A DNA stretch of 64,000 nucleotides from Lingula anatina (Eukaryota; Animalia; Brachiopoda), in assembly GCA_051362555.1 (NCBI GenBank), contig CM120642.1, positions 29,450,001 to 29,514,000 on the forward strand, read 5' to 3'. The number at the start of each line of letters is the position of its first letter. The stretch's first letter is position 1. Position numbers and translations under genes: made by a program. The notes under the pieces are model-generated. The model was not told where the DNA came from and did no database searches. It worked only from the letters and a program-made list of their open reading frames with translations. Positions 37,729-51,803 of the stretch are shown here, piece after piece.

Positions 37729-40700
37729 TAGATAACAAATAAAAAAGCAGTTTATAAAACCATCACTAGTTGGCAAAACAAACATTGTGGTTAAATTTTG
37801 TAATAAACATTTCTCTGGTCAAATTTAGTAGCTACTGACCAGTGTAATTATTTCCGATTATGTCAGTTGCAAATGCTGGTAATTAAAATCTGTTTCTTGA
37901 TATATATTTAACCAAGTCTCTCATTTTTCACCATATTTAAAGATTTGATCTTATGCAAAAAAAGGCATTTGAATGAATACATCCATGCTGTCATTGAATA
38001 ACACAACTCAGATTATTTAAAATGACATTTCCATGTTCTGTTATTCCAGGTTTATCAGACAGTTGTCCCCGGAAGCATGATTTGATAGGGAAAAGGGTGT
38101 GTCTCAAACCTTGTAAGACGGATGCTAACTGCCGTGGGAAGAATAAGCAGTGTCTCTGTGATGATGTGTGTGGAAAGAGCTGTGTGAACCCAAGTAAGTG
38201 TATTGGACTGGGATAAATTTTCTCTTTGTCCATCTCTACATCTGTCTATGCAGGCCCATAGCCAGGGGTGTTTGGGGGTTTAACAAACTACCTTTTTTTG
38301 CCAGGAAAAGATGTTCTCTGGGCAAGATTTAAAGTCTTATTGTGTTCTAAAATAAACCAAAGGCAAAACTATTTATTTAAAATATAAATACACCATAAAT
38401 AAACAACTGAAAAAAAAATTTGTGGCTAAAGGTCAACTTTTTCAGAAAAAGACCCCCCCCCATTTGAAATTGTGTGCTATTGGCCTTGTTTCTGTCAGCA
38501 ATATCCTATGGTATAGTCATAGATATTGTTGATAACATTGCAATGAACGCAAATATGGAATTAACTGCATTCGTTGACTTGTATGGTTGGCCCCCACCAC
38601 CACCCAAAGCCCCTTACTTTATGTTTCAGGAGATCTTATGGCAAACACTTTAAGATATACCATATATATATGGAAACATGGGGGAGTGAATATATGAGTG
38701 TTTGGGTTATGGTTTCTGCTCACTTTGTCTGGACATCTGTTATATCATCTGTCTATCTCCTCAGCTGTCTACCCCTCCATCTTTGCTTCCTTGTATTTTC
38801 AGGGCCAGTATTTCAATTTGGGAGGGGGGGTCTTTTCCTGAAAATGTGGACCTTTTACCATGAACCCTCCATGTACCTACTGGTAGATTAATTAATTTTG
38901 CCTAGAGGGGACCCTTTCTGGGGAATAAGCTGAAAAAGGGCCATTCATTCGACCCCCCCCTCCCCCCCCCCTCCGAAACCCCTGGCTACGGACCCTGTTT
39001 CCACATCGATCATTGAAGGATGTTTGGAGGAAATTTCCCGATACGTATGTGGGAGGTATTGAAGGTGGAAGTGCTCACCTTTGAGACTGATGTGGAAAGC
39101 TTTAGATCTATTTTGAAACCCTTTTGATCTATTTTGATAGAAAACTTCCTTTTTGACATAACACTGTAACAGAAGATGCTAACTGTTCTGTGTAAGAACT
39201 CCCAATGAATTGTAGATTTGTGGGATTAACGAGATAGGACATAGGAAGAAATGGATTGATAACATGCAACAGGAAGAACTTTGATTGAAAAAATGCTTTT
39301 AAACTCCTTTTTTTTTCTCCAGAAATGAAAATAATATTCAATTAGGATAAACTCACAGTGATGTCTTGGAGTGGTTGGATGGGTGCAGTGACAACAGTTT
39401 TACAGAAGCTGGATCAAACACTGATTTGCCAAAAGTGAAGGAATAAAAATGAATGAAAAAAAAGAGAGAAAAAAATGAGGAGTAACTTGATTTCAAGTGA
39501 GATCACAGCAAATTCAGTCCCAGTTGAACTCATTCTGACTGGAAGGGTCGGTTTGATGGCTTTTCTTACTGATGATTTGGCTGGTGATGAAAAATTAATA
39601 GTAAATACATTGTGATAAAGGGTAAAATCCTAAAGGGACTTTTTGAAGAATTTTTAGAGTCTAAAATCATTTTCTGTTTAAATAACTTCTGCTTTGTGCT
39701 GAAAAAGGCATGTTACTCTCTTTAAGTCGTGAGATTAAAACCACTGCCCACAAACATAGTTTTTATGTTAAGTGAAAATGCAAGGTATGCATGTAACAGT
39801 TAACGTTGATAAAACCATGGGAAGAAAAATTTTGTCTAAAAACTATATGATTTAAATGTACCTTTGAGCATGTACCTTGATAGGGTAATAGTCTGTTAGT
39901 ATTAGAAAAAAATGAGACAAAAATACTTGTTGCTATTTTTTTGTGAAAATCCCCAGGTGCAGTCCCTTGAGAATATTTGAGGAATTTTTATCTAATATGT
40001 GAGGCTGTTGCAAACCTTAAGGCACATTACGTTAGTTGCCTTCACATGTTTTATGCACTGCATCTGTTTGGGAAGGTTCACTTAATGGTAATTCCAGTTA
40101 TTATGAATGTCCGTGTGGGTGAAGTAATACATGCAACAAACAACACCATTTAAAGTGATGAATTTGCACTGACGTGTTGTTGCAGAGAGGAACGAAAATA
40201 AAAACAAAATTCTTGTCCTTAAAAATAGAAATCACACCTTACTGTATCAAAGTGACAGATGCTAGTTAATTGGTGTGTTCTTGCCTGGGTAACTCCAGAT
40301 GTCTGCGGAACATCAAAAATGGAAACATTTTATACACCCTCCTACACAAGGCTTTTGATCTTCTTAAAAGAACATTTTTACATAAAATCCTCTGTGAAGA
40401 GAAAATGTGTAGAAGGAAAATGCTTACTGTCCTTCACAAGGTCAAATATGCATAATTTGATTATGAAATTGGCATGATTGAAACAATATCAATCAGAATT
40501 AAGTATCATATGAAAAAAATTAGTTTAATCTTGATTATATTAATTTTATCACAAGATTGATCTAAGAAGTTTCCAAGTGGTGTGTTCACATCAGAGCTAA
40601 GTTAGACTGGATATAGACCAATGTTTCCAGAGGCTGGCTACAATTAGCCTTACAGCTTGTCATTAATGTGTTCTTTTCCAACAGCATTTTATAATTCTCC

Positions 40701-43700
40701 TCAGTGGAATGCAATAAAACACCTCAGCTGTCAGTTCCTTTCAGTTGACTTGTGGCACAGGCCAGTGCACTGTGTAATGATGGCAAAATAATCAACAAAC
40801 TTACAAAGTGGATTGGAGACAGAGGAGAGAGAAACAAAAATAAAGGTCTGAAAAAACTTCAGACTCTTGTTGTTATATTCCCTCTCCAAGTGCCGATTTA
40901 GGCCGTCTTCTGGGTCTTCCGGAAGACGGTCAGATTTTCAAGTTAACATTGACAGATACGCATCACACTCGAAAAATAAGGCCAATCACCTGTAACGCAA
41001 AAAAGTATCTCTACCCTCTTGTATCACCAGTATGTTTTTGTTCAGGTCCCACAGATATAAAACTGTGTGGTAGAGGGTAGAGTGAGTGAGTGAGGTCCTA
41101 GGGGGATACATTGTATTATATTTTTTGTTCTATCAGCTGCTGACAGCATGGATAAGCACACTATGGGGACGTGGAGAGACTGATTAGCAAAATGCATTTA
41201 GTTAACATCAGTTGAACTGGATCCCCTGTCGGGACTTGGAGAATTGATTGTGGAAATAGTCAATGATGCCGTGTCAATACATTTAGATCCCCGGAGAGAT
41301 TTTACTGGGAACACAGGGGAAAGATTATATACTACAGTTCCTGCTAGGGCTTGTCTGTAATCACATTGGATGTGGGTGGTTTGATAAGTATCACAAAAAT
41401 CATAACTCCCTATCTGACAAATCTAGTGTCTAGACGGCTGATTGAGGTCCTTAGTCTGCAATTTTTTATGGATGATTGAGAATATTGGAAAAGATTGCAC
41501 TTGGTGTCCGACAAGGGCGTATGAGTAATCTTCTCTGGGGGGTGGGGGTGATACACTAATTTCATCATAACTAATAAAATTTCTTCAAAGATGGGGGAAA
41601 TAATTTGATAATTAACATATTATTGCAATTTGGTACAGGTGCTTGTTCACATTTTCTTATTCATCTTTTTAATTTTAGTCACATTGACTTTCTCAATGAT
41701 GCAGTCTCAGTTGTAACCAAGAGAGCCACCTGCTTCTGTACTCTTCAAAGTCAAATCTTAATTTTGACATTTATTATTCAGAAGCAAAATGCTCATGACT
41801 GAATTCCTCCTTCAATTCCCCTTTCTTTCAGCAAAAGAAAAAAAAAGATTCCATTCCAAAAAATTCAATAATTCCTGAGAGTATTCAAACAAATATTTGT
41901 TGTAATTTAATTAGCATTTTTCTTAAAGTGCTCACATCTCAAATTCCCTATCGATAACGGCTATATATGTAAGAAAAATCCACTCACTCTGTAACAATGC
42001 ATTTTTGTTCAAAGAAAATTTCAAGGAGTTTTAAAATTTTTTACTTCCAGATGCTAGATGCTCACACATAAAGCCTCCTTCCCATGGCTATGTACAAATC
42101 ATTCCATACAACAAGTTTGACGCGCGTGCACGTTACGGCTGCGCGGAGGGATACGTGTTGAATGGTCCACCAGAGAGGATATGCGGTGGAGACAAGCAGT
42201 GGAGTGGAGAGGAACCATACTGCTCCAAAGATGGTAAAATATAGAATTATAGTGATGTGTGTTTTCTTATTGAGTTGTGAACGATATTTTCAGGCATTGC
42301 ATAACCAATCAACCAGATATTATGTACATTTCAATTAATATCAATTTGAATTTTAATTTATGCTAAATTTGTATCTATGTAACTATGCTGTACTTATTTT
42401 TTAGTTTCACATTTTTTTTCTCATTTTTAAGAATGTTTTCTTATTTTTCCTCTTTTTGAGGAATTTTTTATTGTATTTAATGTACTAAGGGTTTAGAGGG
42501 CGTTCTAAATGACTAGCTTTTGACTTGACTGTGCTTGATAGTTACTGCTAAATAATATTGTTATTGAAAAAAAGGTTACAGTAACAATAGATCACATTTA
42601 GCAGGGTTGCTAAATTCTCCTCATTTTATATTTAATTCAAATTCTTTTCTTCTAGAATAACATACTGGACAACATAACTGTACAGTGAGTACTCAAGTTA
42701 TCAGCAACCCAAATTTCAGCAAAATACAAACAAAAGGATAAAAATTAATAATTGTCCAAAACAGCAAAAATTTCATTATGCTATTTCAGGTTTCTGTGGT
42801 CCTCCTCCCCCTATTGTCAATGGAGAGCCACAGTCATCTCTGCCAAAACGGGAGCGGAGATTCCCACCAGGCAGCCAGGTGGTGTATCGCTGTCACAAGG
42901 GCTATTTCCAAGATGGCTACCCCAGAGCCATGTGCCTTGGAGACGGCAAGTGGGTGATGCCCAGAATGGCATGTGCACGTAAGTCCTGGGATGAATGACG
43001 ATCGACACTTCAGGGGTCTGTTTCTGAGCCAACATTCTCTCATGTCTAACAATCTATAACCCATGTTTATGGGCTTTTGTTAAGGCTGACTTTCTTCCCT
43101 CTCATCTAAATTCCAAAAGTTATTTCAGTAATGAAAGCAGGTATTTTACAAATAATTTTATGTATTTCTTTTTCTTATTTTTGAAGATCTAGAATGGGTG
43201 AGCTCTTCAGGCTAATGCAAACTGAGGCGTTTTCATGAATGTTCACATCAGTGTGCAAATTTGCATTATTGAACATTCATACTTGCCCACACACATGAAT
43301 AATCTTAAAGTGATATTGCCCTTTCTTAATCTTTATAAGCTATTAAAACAGCATTTTAATCACAGCAATATACTGCAAAAAAGTTTTTCACTCCAGCTAT
43401 CATGATAAAATAATAGGGTGAAAAAATTTCATAATTTGATCAAAATCCTGGATAAAAACACCTAAAAATTAAGTGCAATTTTTGACAAACAGCACACGAA
43501 GCAGCATCACAGGTAGTTCTTGCATTTCCATATTCTCTTATTAAGATTCAAAACATGGAAATATTATTGTGACAATAAAGATGTTATTTGTAGCTGTGCT
43601 GCCATAATTTGATTAGGACACAGGAACTCACAGAAATGCCATGGCAGCTTGAAATGCTTATGGAATATTTACTGTGCTCTTTACAAATTTATGTACATTA

Positions 43701-46700
43701 AAACACACTCATATGAAGTCTGGAATTCGTAAAATTTTCTAGCTGAGCAAAGAATTCCAAAATGATATCTCCCTTCAACACAGGTAATGTAATTGCATTA
43801 TTTTTGATATTTGAGAAGTTGGGATATAGAATGAATCTGTTGACTTTATCAGTGTGAGGGCGAAATGAATCTAAAACATATACAACAAACATCCACTGAA
43901 ATTGCTCCATAATTTGGTGAAACTGATAAGTTTGTTGCAAGAGCTCGGCTTTTTACAGGTCCAATATTGAGTTAAGGAAACTGTGATGCTGGTACATGTA
44001 CATGTATGTGCCCTACTGCTGATAGCAAGCCTGAATGTATCCAGCACTTTCAATGGAAGGAATTTTTCAGTCTTTTTCTGAAAGTTTGGGCCATCTTACC
44101 GCCTTAGTTGACTAAACTTGAGAAACAATATGGAATGTAGTTCAAAGTGTGATCTACTGTAGAGCAGACATTTGCTGGCCAAAATGCTGGTTCTTTCACA
44201 CCACCTTCCAAATCTCCCATGCCTACGGTGATTTGTTGTATAAAAACAATTGTAATAAGCCAATAACTTGTTCGATGAAAATACCGACCTATAGACAGGG
44301 GTTCTCAGAGTTCAAAAAGAACCATCCTTTTGGCTGGCAAAGGACTGCTCTGAATCACAAATTGATCTAGTTTCAATGGCATATTTTAAAATGGGCCAAC
44401 TATGGGGGTAAAAAGGCCCACTTCAGGGGCAGGTCCAGAGATATTAAATTCTGGACAGTCTTCCAAATTATCATTGTTGATCCATCCTCCATTTTTGACC
44501 GTCTTCCGACAGAAAAAACATCAATGTACACTTGAAAAATCTCACCATCTTCCGGAAGACCCAGAAGACAGCCTCAATCTGCCCCTGCAATGTTTCCAGA
44601 AAAATCCCTCCTTTGAAGTTGCTGGCAATAGGCCTGGTCTATGAGGTTAGTAGGAGAGGCTCCATGCCTGTCCATATGGGGTCAAGAGAGTTCCCAAGTT
44701 AAACAGTTATATCATTAAGTGAGATTGCTAGAGGGAAGAAACACATAATAACACATGTGTAAACACGCCCTTCTTGTTGTTTAGGGCAGCGGTAAGTAAA
44801 CTACAATGTGCCTCATAATGAAAATCACACTGTTTGCATGCAGCAAGGGAAAGCCATTATTACAGTGCATTCTTTTAGAAGTTAACTTCTTTTCAATCTC
44901 AAAGTTTTTGTTTTTAGCCTGATCTATATGCGTTAGTTTTGAAATATTTTGATCGATTACACTGAATTGCCCTATTGATCAGTAGTTGATCCCACAGTAA
45001 AAACTTCATATTGGTTCAATTGTTTTATATTAAGAGCAGTATTACAGTGTATTTTTTCCTAATAGGTTTATTTATGCGTCCATGAAGTAGGAAATGCTCA
45101 AATTATTCAAAATTGATATGTCGTAACACTTAAAGGATATCATATTGATACAGGTGCTTCTCGGTAAAAGGTCTCACACCTTCTCTTTAAGCTCCTCAAA
45201 GGTGTTTCTTTTGACTTGCTATTGGATTTACAGTTTCAGCGTGTTTCTGAGAGATCTAGGTGGAATACATGTATGAAACCATTTGTTGGTAACAGCTACA
45301 GTCTTGTTGAATTATGAAATCAATTTTCTCAAGTGGAGATATAATGTGTGAGAGAATGATGGATATAAGGATGATGTGGTGTGGAAAATTATTGCACTTT
45401 TATGGTGGCACTTACCAGTATCCCGTCTCCGATACATCTGCTGCTTTCGTAGCTCTCACACGGATGAAAATTTTATGGTTAGATTTGAAAAAGTAAAATG
45501 TTATAACTTATATGCCAGATATTGAGATATGAGGCAGAATGACAATAATTTAGTGGACATACTTAGCTGAGAGAGTCACAAATAACTTAGGTCATGGGGG
45601 GGGGGGGGGGGGGGGAGTTACAAAAGAACAATTAGATTGATTGCATTGGAGGCACATCCAAGCACAATAGCAATTGGCAGCACTAACACAATTTGACTGA
45701 GATGAATGTTTGTGCTACAGAGCAAATGACCCAACCATGTACTGGTTGCTGTTCATTAACTGTTTCTTAATGATATTGGCCTGATCATTTTTTATTTTAT
45801 TAGAATTTATATTTCATACTTCTATATATGTATGTATTTTTGTTTTTTGTCACTAAACAGCTAAGAGTTGTGGTGACCCTGGCTATGTGAAGAATGGACA
45901 AAGGAAGGGGAACATCTTCATCTACCCCCACAGAGTGACCTTCTCCTGTGACCCTGGCTATGAGCTGGTAGGCAGTCAGTACCGCATGTGCCAGGCCAAT
46001 GGAAAGTGGTCAAGATTTGTGCCTAAATGCAAGCGTATGTTCTTCTTAGATATTTTACCAAATGCATGTCATGTTTAATTTAAGAAATGATAACTGCACA
46101 GGTTATATGACTGCAGTTTTAATTATTGACAAAAAAAGTTTAAGAATTAAGAACCTTCTGATGCTTTTGAATTTGAGAAAGTTATACAAACATTTGTCTA
46201 CTTGAAAATCACTTCACCCGAATCATAGGCAGTTTTAAACAACTCAACATTTTGTAGTTTTTTTTTTTTTTAAGTTTGAGTAACTGTCAGACAAGGGAAA
46301 ACATAATACGATGTGATATAGTCACTTACCATGTATTCCCTCTACCTCCAGCTATCCAGTGCCAACCCCTGTCCATCCCAGAGAATGGGAACATGTATGG
46401 CTACTCCGTGGCCTTCAACTCTGTGGTCAGGTTTACATGTCTAGAAGGGTACAGACTGCAGGGCCCCAGCGAGAGGAAATGCCAAGAAAATGCATACTGG
46501 ACGGGAACTGATGTGAAATGTGAGGGTAGGGACAAACTAGGGAGAACATGTGTTGTGCCACGTGACTAATTTACCTGCTTTATTATGATGCCTTTTGTGA
46601 TTGAGACTATAGAAGTACATCTGGTTATACTTCCATGATCAGACCTCAGGGTTTTTTCCCCCACATGCTATTGGTTTTTTACTTAGACTGCTTAATTTTG

Positions 46701-49700
46701 ATAAAGCTCTATGTAGGCCTACAATCTTGGCAGTTTTCAATAAGACCAATTTTCGAGTTCATTCATTTTTGTGGGACAGGCCATGGAAGTACTTCATATT
46801 GTATTGTCCAGTATATCTTGCCATCAGATGACCATAGTACATGCCCAAGTCATTCAGTCACCTGATGATGTATTTAAGGAAAATATCAGGAACTTACCTG
46901 TATTTAGTCATGGTCTAGATTAATAGAGTAGACTAGATTAATAGAGAAGGCACAGAGTTTACAGCAACATGCCCAATATAACACATGCTTCAAACAGTCA
47001 TTTTTTGCATATAAGGAGTGAAGTATTCAGAATGTAACTAAATGTTTTAAGAATTTATGAAATGATGATCATTTTTATGTTTTTTTTTTATTTTTTTTTA
47101 ATTAGAAATTGACTGTGGCTGGCCCCAGAATCTATGGAATGGATATCCAGACGGACAACATACCACATATGGGCATACCATTTACTTCAGGTAAGGTGGA
47201 GACAGATAAGGATTTTTTTTATTCATCAGTGTCATCGATTTCATTTGAATAATTGAATAAGTTGATAAATAAAGCTGGGAATGAAAGTAATTATGTTTTC
47301 ATCCTCCCAGCTTTATTTGTATATTTTTATATGTAAACAAAATAGTATACATTTTGGATCTGTTTACTACTTTACTGTTGTCAGTCTTATTTTGAACCCT
47401 TCATTCTAATTGGCATTTAGTCCTTGCTTGAAGGGTACAAAAGAAGCATGTGTATATTAACATATTCGAGAACAGTGCCTTATTTTTATTTACATGGATA
47501 ATAACATGAACAGGAGTTAACTGTATAATATTTTCTTTCTTTCCGTTCTGAATAAAAGACAAAATATTAATCCCATATTTGGAACTAAGGTACTGCTTTA
47601 GTATTATCCACCCATCATAACAAGTGAGACCAGAGATGGGATAAATGATAATGTATCTTTCTTGCTGTCTGTGAGAAGTATCACCTGGATTGTATTCTTT
47701 CCAGATGCTACCAGGGAATGACTCTGCAGGGGGCAGTCTCGGCCCAGTGTCTGGACACAGGGAACTGGTCAGAACCCATCCCTAAATGTTGGAGTAAGTG
47801 ACCACAGTAGACTCCATCTTCATATACATCTTTTATTTTTATATGTTTATAGGTGCATATTTTACATATTACTTCCCAAACCTACACGGAACATTAGAGA
47901 TTGATAATAATGTCCCACTTACTGAAAATTTTGAAAAAAAAAAATTCCAACATTTGAACATTTTCTTGATTGGTGGAAATTAGATAATATATTTCAGGCA
48001 CATTCAGTGAGACATTTGTTGCCTTTAAATTTGCTTCTGCTTAATTATTTACTGAAGGTAGCAATTTGCACGAGGCCATGCAATGTGGAACAAAAGCACA
48101 TAGAGAATCTGCTTAAGACAAATTAAAACCACAGTGACTGTATTTCATGAACTGTATGTCCTTCTAAGTGATTTCCCTTGATTTCTTGATTTCCAGGGCG
48201 TTGCCCTGTTCCAACCCTGGACAATGGCACAGTTCATGGTTACAGCCCCAGGGATAAAATAGACCATGGCAGAGTGCTCACACTGGCTTGTTATGAGGGG
48301 CATGCCCTGAATGACACCAAGACCAAGTCTGTGTGTTATAATGGAACGGTGTCCTATATGCCAAGCTGCATCCCTAGTAAGTTGCGCTTATTGATGGAAG
48401 TGTCTCATGCTACATGGGGTAATCTCAAACTTTGATTTAGCATATTGCATCTGGCATTGGTGTCCAAGAGTCGTGCAGATTCCCCAAACGTATGTCTGAG
48501 AGTCCAGAAATACTGTGAAAATGCTTGCTGGATTGTGCTAGATAAGATTGCTTTCTTTTTTTAGGGAAATGAATTGTGCTTGTTGAGGTTGTGTTTTCTT
48601 TTCCAGCCTATAAATTGTGTTTGTTGAGATCTATAAATTGTGTTTGTTGAGATTGTGCTTTCTTTTCCAGAGAACTGCTCAACAAGACCAGGAGACATCA
48701 AGAATGGAATTGTGCGCTACATTGACATGAACCACGGCTCGCTGGCTCGCTACTCCTGTAACATGGGATTTCGTATCGTAAATGATGAGTTTATGACGTG
48801 TTTATACGGCAGATGGAGAGGAAGAATACCTTACTGCGCGGAGAGTGAGTACACTGCACAATCTTTGTGTCATGATTAAATTCCTCAATTAAAATTAAAA
48901 TGTTTTTCCCACACACCACAACTTGTATACAAGCTAGTGTTGTTGTCATGATGTCATATTTAATTATATACAATCATATCAAATAAATTAACTTTAGCAC
49001 CCATATTAAGCTCTTTCTAATGAGAAAACATTTCATAATAAGAATCCAATACACATATTATGCACATGCTGTAGTTATGTTGAAATTCTCACCATGTTCT
49101 GGTAATGTCTAGTAGTGTATTGCCCACACCCGGGTTCCCTGCAGTATGGCAGGATACTTCTGGTCGGCTACATTGGCAAGTACGACTACAGACCCTATGT
49201 GACACAGATAGGACAGGGACAGCAGATAGAGTTCCAGTGTGACAGGGGATCCATGCTGGAAGTAAGTCTCTTTTCTTTTCTCTGAATTTTTTCATTGCAT
49301 ACATATATGATGGGGTAGGCCCTTCAAGGTTTGTTTTTGTGTTCCTTCCATTTGCTGATATTAGCTCAGAAAATCAAGACTTCAGTCGATATATATGATT
49401 GACAGTGAGTTATTTTAATCAATTATTTATTTATTTTTTCATTGTTTTACTGGCCGTTGCGTTTTTTTTCTTAGTTAGAAGCAAAAGACATTTTGAACAA
49501 TCAAATTGGCTCTGATGACTCTGGAAACATCCACTTTGCATTTTCATTCTGTTTTTGAAGAATTCAATTTGCTATGAAGAAAATAGTACAATTGCAGTGG
49601 AATGTAAGTTGGACTGTAACAGTTGTAATTAGTTTGGAAGGAAAACAATATTATTAAATGTGCAATGGCTTCTTCCCAGAAATAAGAAATCAGTTTTGAA

Positions 49701-51776
49701 AGTCCTAACTGTTCTAGGGTCCTACCCGTGCCACTTGTATAGGAGGCATGTGGAGCCCTGATATCAAACCAAGGTGTGTCATGGACCAGCACCCCAACTT
49801 ACCTCAGTTTCCATGGTTACCACCTGCTACCATATGGAGGAAATACTACAGACGTTTTAGAAGATTTGCTGAATCAGAAGATACCAAAGGTGGGTTTGTC
49901 AAAATGTTTTTAGTAAAGTTTTAAGTAAAAGTGATCATTTTCAGTTTGCAACATTTTTTACTTGAGATTTGTAAATGAAAATTGTGTAATTATTAAAAGA
50001 ATTCTCATTATTATTATTTTTGTGTAACAATCTTGCTCTCACAGAACAATGCCTGCAAAATAGATGCTTTAAATGGTATCCAAAAAACTGACATTGAATT
50101 TCAAGAAGCTTATCTTTTGCCTCTGAACAACATTGCATTAAATATACAGCTGTGGTGATTACTCTCATTTCAGGGTTCAATTTAGTTCCTTGGATTACAG
50201 AAGACAAAATACCCAGTAATTTGTCATGGAAAAAAGAAGACAGGAATAACTTTAATAGTAACACTATATCCAGTTATCTTTTAGAAAAGAGAAGTGACAT
50301 ACCAAAGAACATATCTTTACACTTGCTTCAAGGAAAAATGAGAATTATGAAAAATGGTTCAATCTATTTAGAAGAAAACTCCAGTATACAATTGGACTGC
50401 ACTATCTGTAAACATAATACGATAAATATAGAAACAGAATTATACTGGCATACCCCTGATGGAGTTTATACATCAGCGAACTTATCTGAGTCACTCAATA
50501 TCAAAGGTGCTACTGATATAACAAAAGTGGAACTATCTAACTCAATATCAGAGGATGGCTTAAAACCCAGGGTGATATCACCTGAATTCACTCTGCTGAG
50601 ATTGACTCTTAAACATGTCCAGAAAAATAACTCTGGAATCTACAGCTGTGCCCATCAGTCCTTCACAAGTCAGATGGACCACATGGCAGTTACTGTAATA
50701 AGTAAGTGTTTTTAAACCAGATACAGTACAGTGCTTAAATATATAGGGCTATATATAGATAAAGGGCGACTAAAAAAATGTTACTTTTATTTCAAAGTTC
50801 AATAAATTCAGAGATATATGCAATGAAATCTGGCATATTTTAGGAGAATGTTTTAAATAAATGCTGGAAATTTCTGGACTCTATCTTTCTTGGTTTTGGC
50901 AATCTGAAAAAAAATTAAATTGTCTTAAGTCAAGGTGTTTAAACTGCCAGACACTGGCACCTGTCAGAAATCTTTACATTTGATGCACATTCTATCATTT
51001 TCAGTTTGCAACATTTTTTACTTGAGATTTTTATTTTTTGTATAGTACATATATAAATATATAGTAAACTGCCCTAATTAAGGCATCACCAGAAACTTAT
51101 ATAACTATATGGATCTGTGTTGTGACTTCTTAATACAGTTTTCCTGGGAAATATGTTTCATTATGTGATGTTTTTACTAGTAATATTAGAGGGGAACATA
51201 AACTTTAATCAGTCCAAATGTGACAAGGTAGTTATCATGTGATATTTAAAATTTTTTACTGTTGTATTTTTTTTCAGTCACTTCCAGTAACTTGGATACT
51301 GGCCAAACCGATTTAATTGAAGAAAAAAGACGAAGATTGTGTATGTTATTTGTAAAACTTATTTTCTTACTGAAATGTTTTTACATCAGTGATATTTAGT
51401 AAATTGATTAGAATATCTGCAACATGGATATACTGGCGGTTATAATCTGAAACCTTTACACAACATTTAAATTTGTCAGACACTTTTTTTCAGGCCCCAT
51501 AAATAAAATATCATGTACATCAAACATCAAACTTTTCATTCAGTCATATTCATACACATTCTATCATTTTCAGTTTGCAAGATCCCCAAGCTATCCAAAC
51601 ATCTGAAGATAAAAGGCTCTAGCTATAGACACCTATATAAAAGACATGTGCCTACTGGCACCACAGTGACCTTCTGGTGTAAGCATGGCCGTGTCCTGAG
51701 AGGAGGGACCAGTGCCAGGTGCCTGACAACTGGACATTGGTCAAGGCAGTTTCCAGTCTGCATGACTGCCTCTTGA
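26763..51776 (+). CDS. lev-9: LEV-9-like / Hig-Hasp-related secreted protein: signal peptide, WAP, 8 sushi (CCP), furin site, Ig-like domain, terminal CCP
   Basis: Exons 26763-26841 (signal) and 38050-38193 (WAP-like CLKPCKTDANC...CLCDDVCGKSC). CCP exons 42051-42233, 42790-42978, 45861-46034, 46352-46525, 47106-47190+47705-47793, 48197-48376, 48671-48844 and 49113/49116-49261+49718-49889 (the GKYDYRPYV motif is typical of the last LEV-9/Hig CCP, followed by QHP...RRFRR). Then Ig-like 50174-50701, linker 51278-51340 and terminal CCP 51574-51776. The symbol means 'lev-9-like'; extra exons in the 11-kb intron cannot be excluded. Confidence 0.85.
31597..31966. mobile_element. PIF/Harbinger (Tourist-like) fold-back MITE
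   Basis: TIR GGCTGCGTTCACATGCAATGTCT / AGACATTGCATGTGAACGAAGCC, flanked by TAA and TTA. The whole element is palindromic, and the right arm is duplicated in tandem. Confidence 0.8.
32554..32850. mobile_element. Non-autonomous element with CAGGGG(T/C)GGAT...ATCCGCCACTG ends
   Basis: Inverted ends caggggtggat / atccgccactg with internal G-runs and C-runs. Loosely similar CAGG...CCTG-ended segments occur near 38251-38486, 38800-38997 and 44424-44587. No clean TSD. Confidence 0.5.
34405..34620. mobile_element. MITE-like non-autonomous element, copy 2
   Basis: Near-identical to 4553-4768. Inverted ends ttccatagattagatcgaccta / tagatcgatctaaaatctatgggaa. Confidence 0.75.
44424..44587. mobile_element. 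Short repeat element, with a related inverted partial copy at ~40887-40952
   Basis: Ends caggggcagg...tctgcccctg. Its reverse complement (gtcttctgggtcttccggaagatggtgagatttttcaagt) matches 40905-40945. Confidence 0.55.
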
Positions 51777-51803
51777 TGAAGACTGGCCAGCATGATAACA
51801 AGA

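Noticed and set aside
27696-37990. Many short ORFs in the long lev-9-like intron
   Set aside because: They are low-complexity AT-rich translations with no recognisable domains or convincing splice context.
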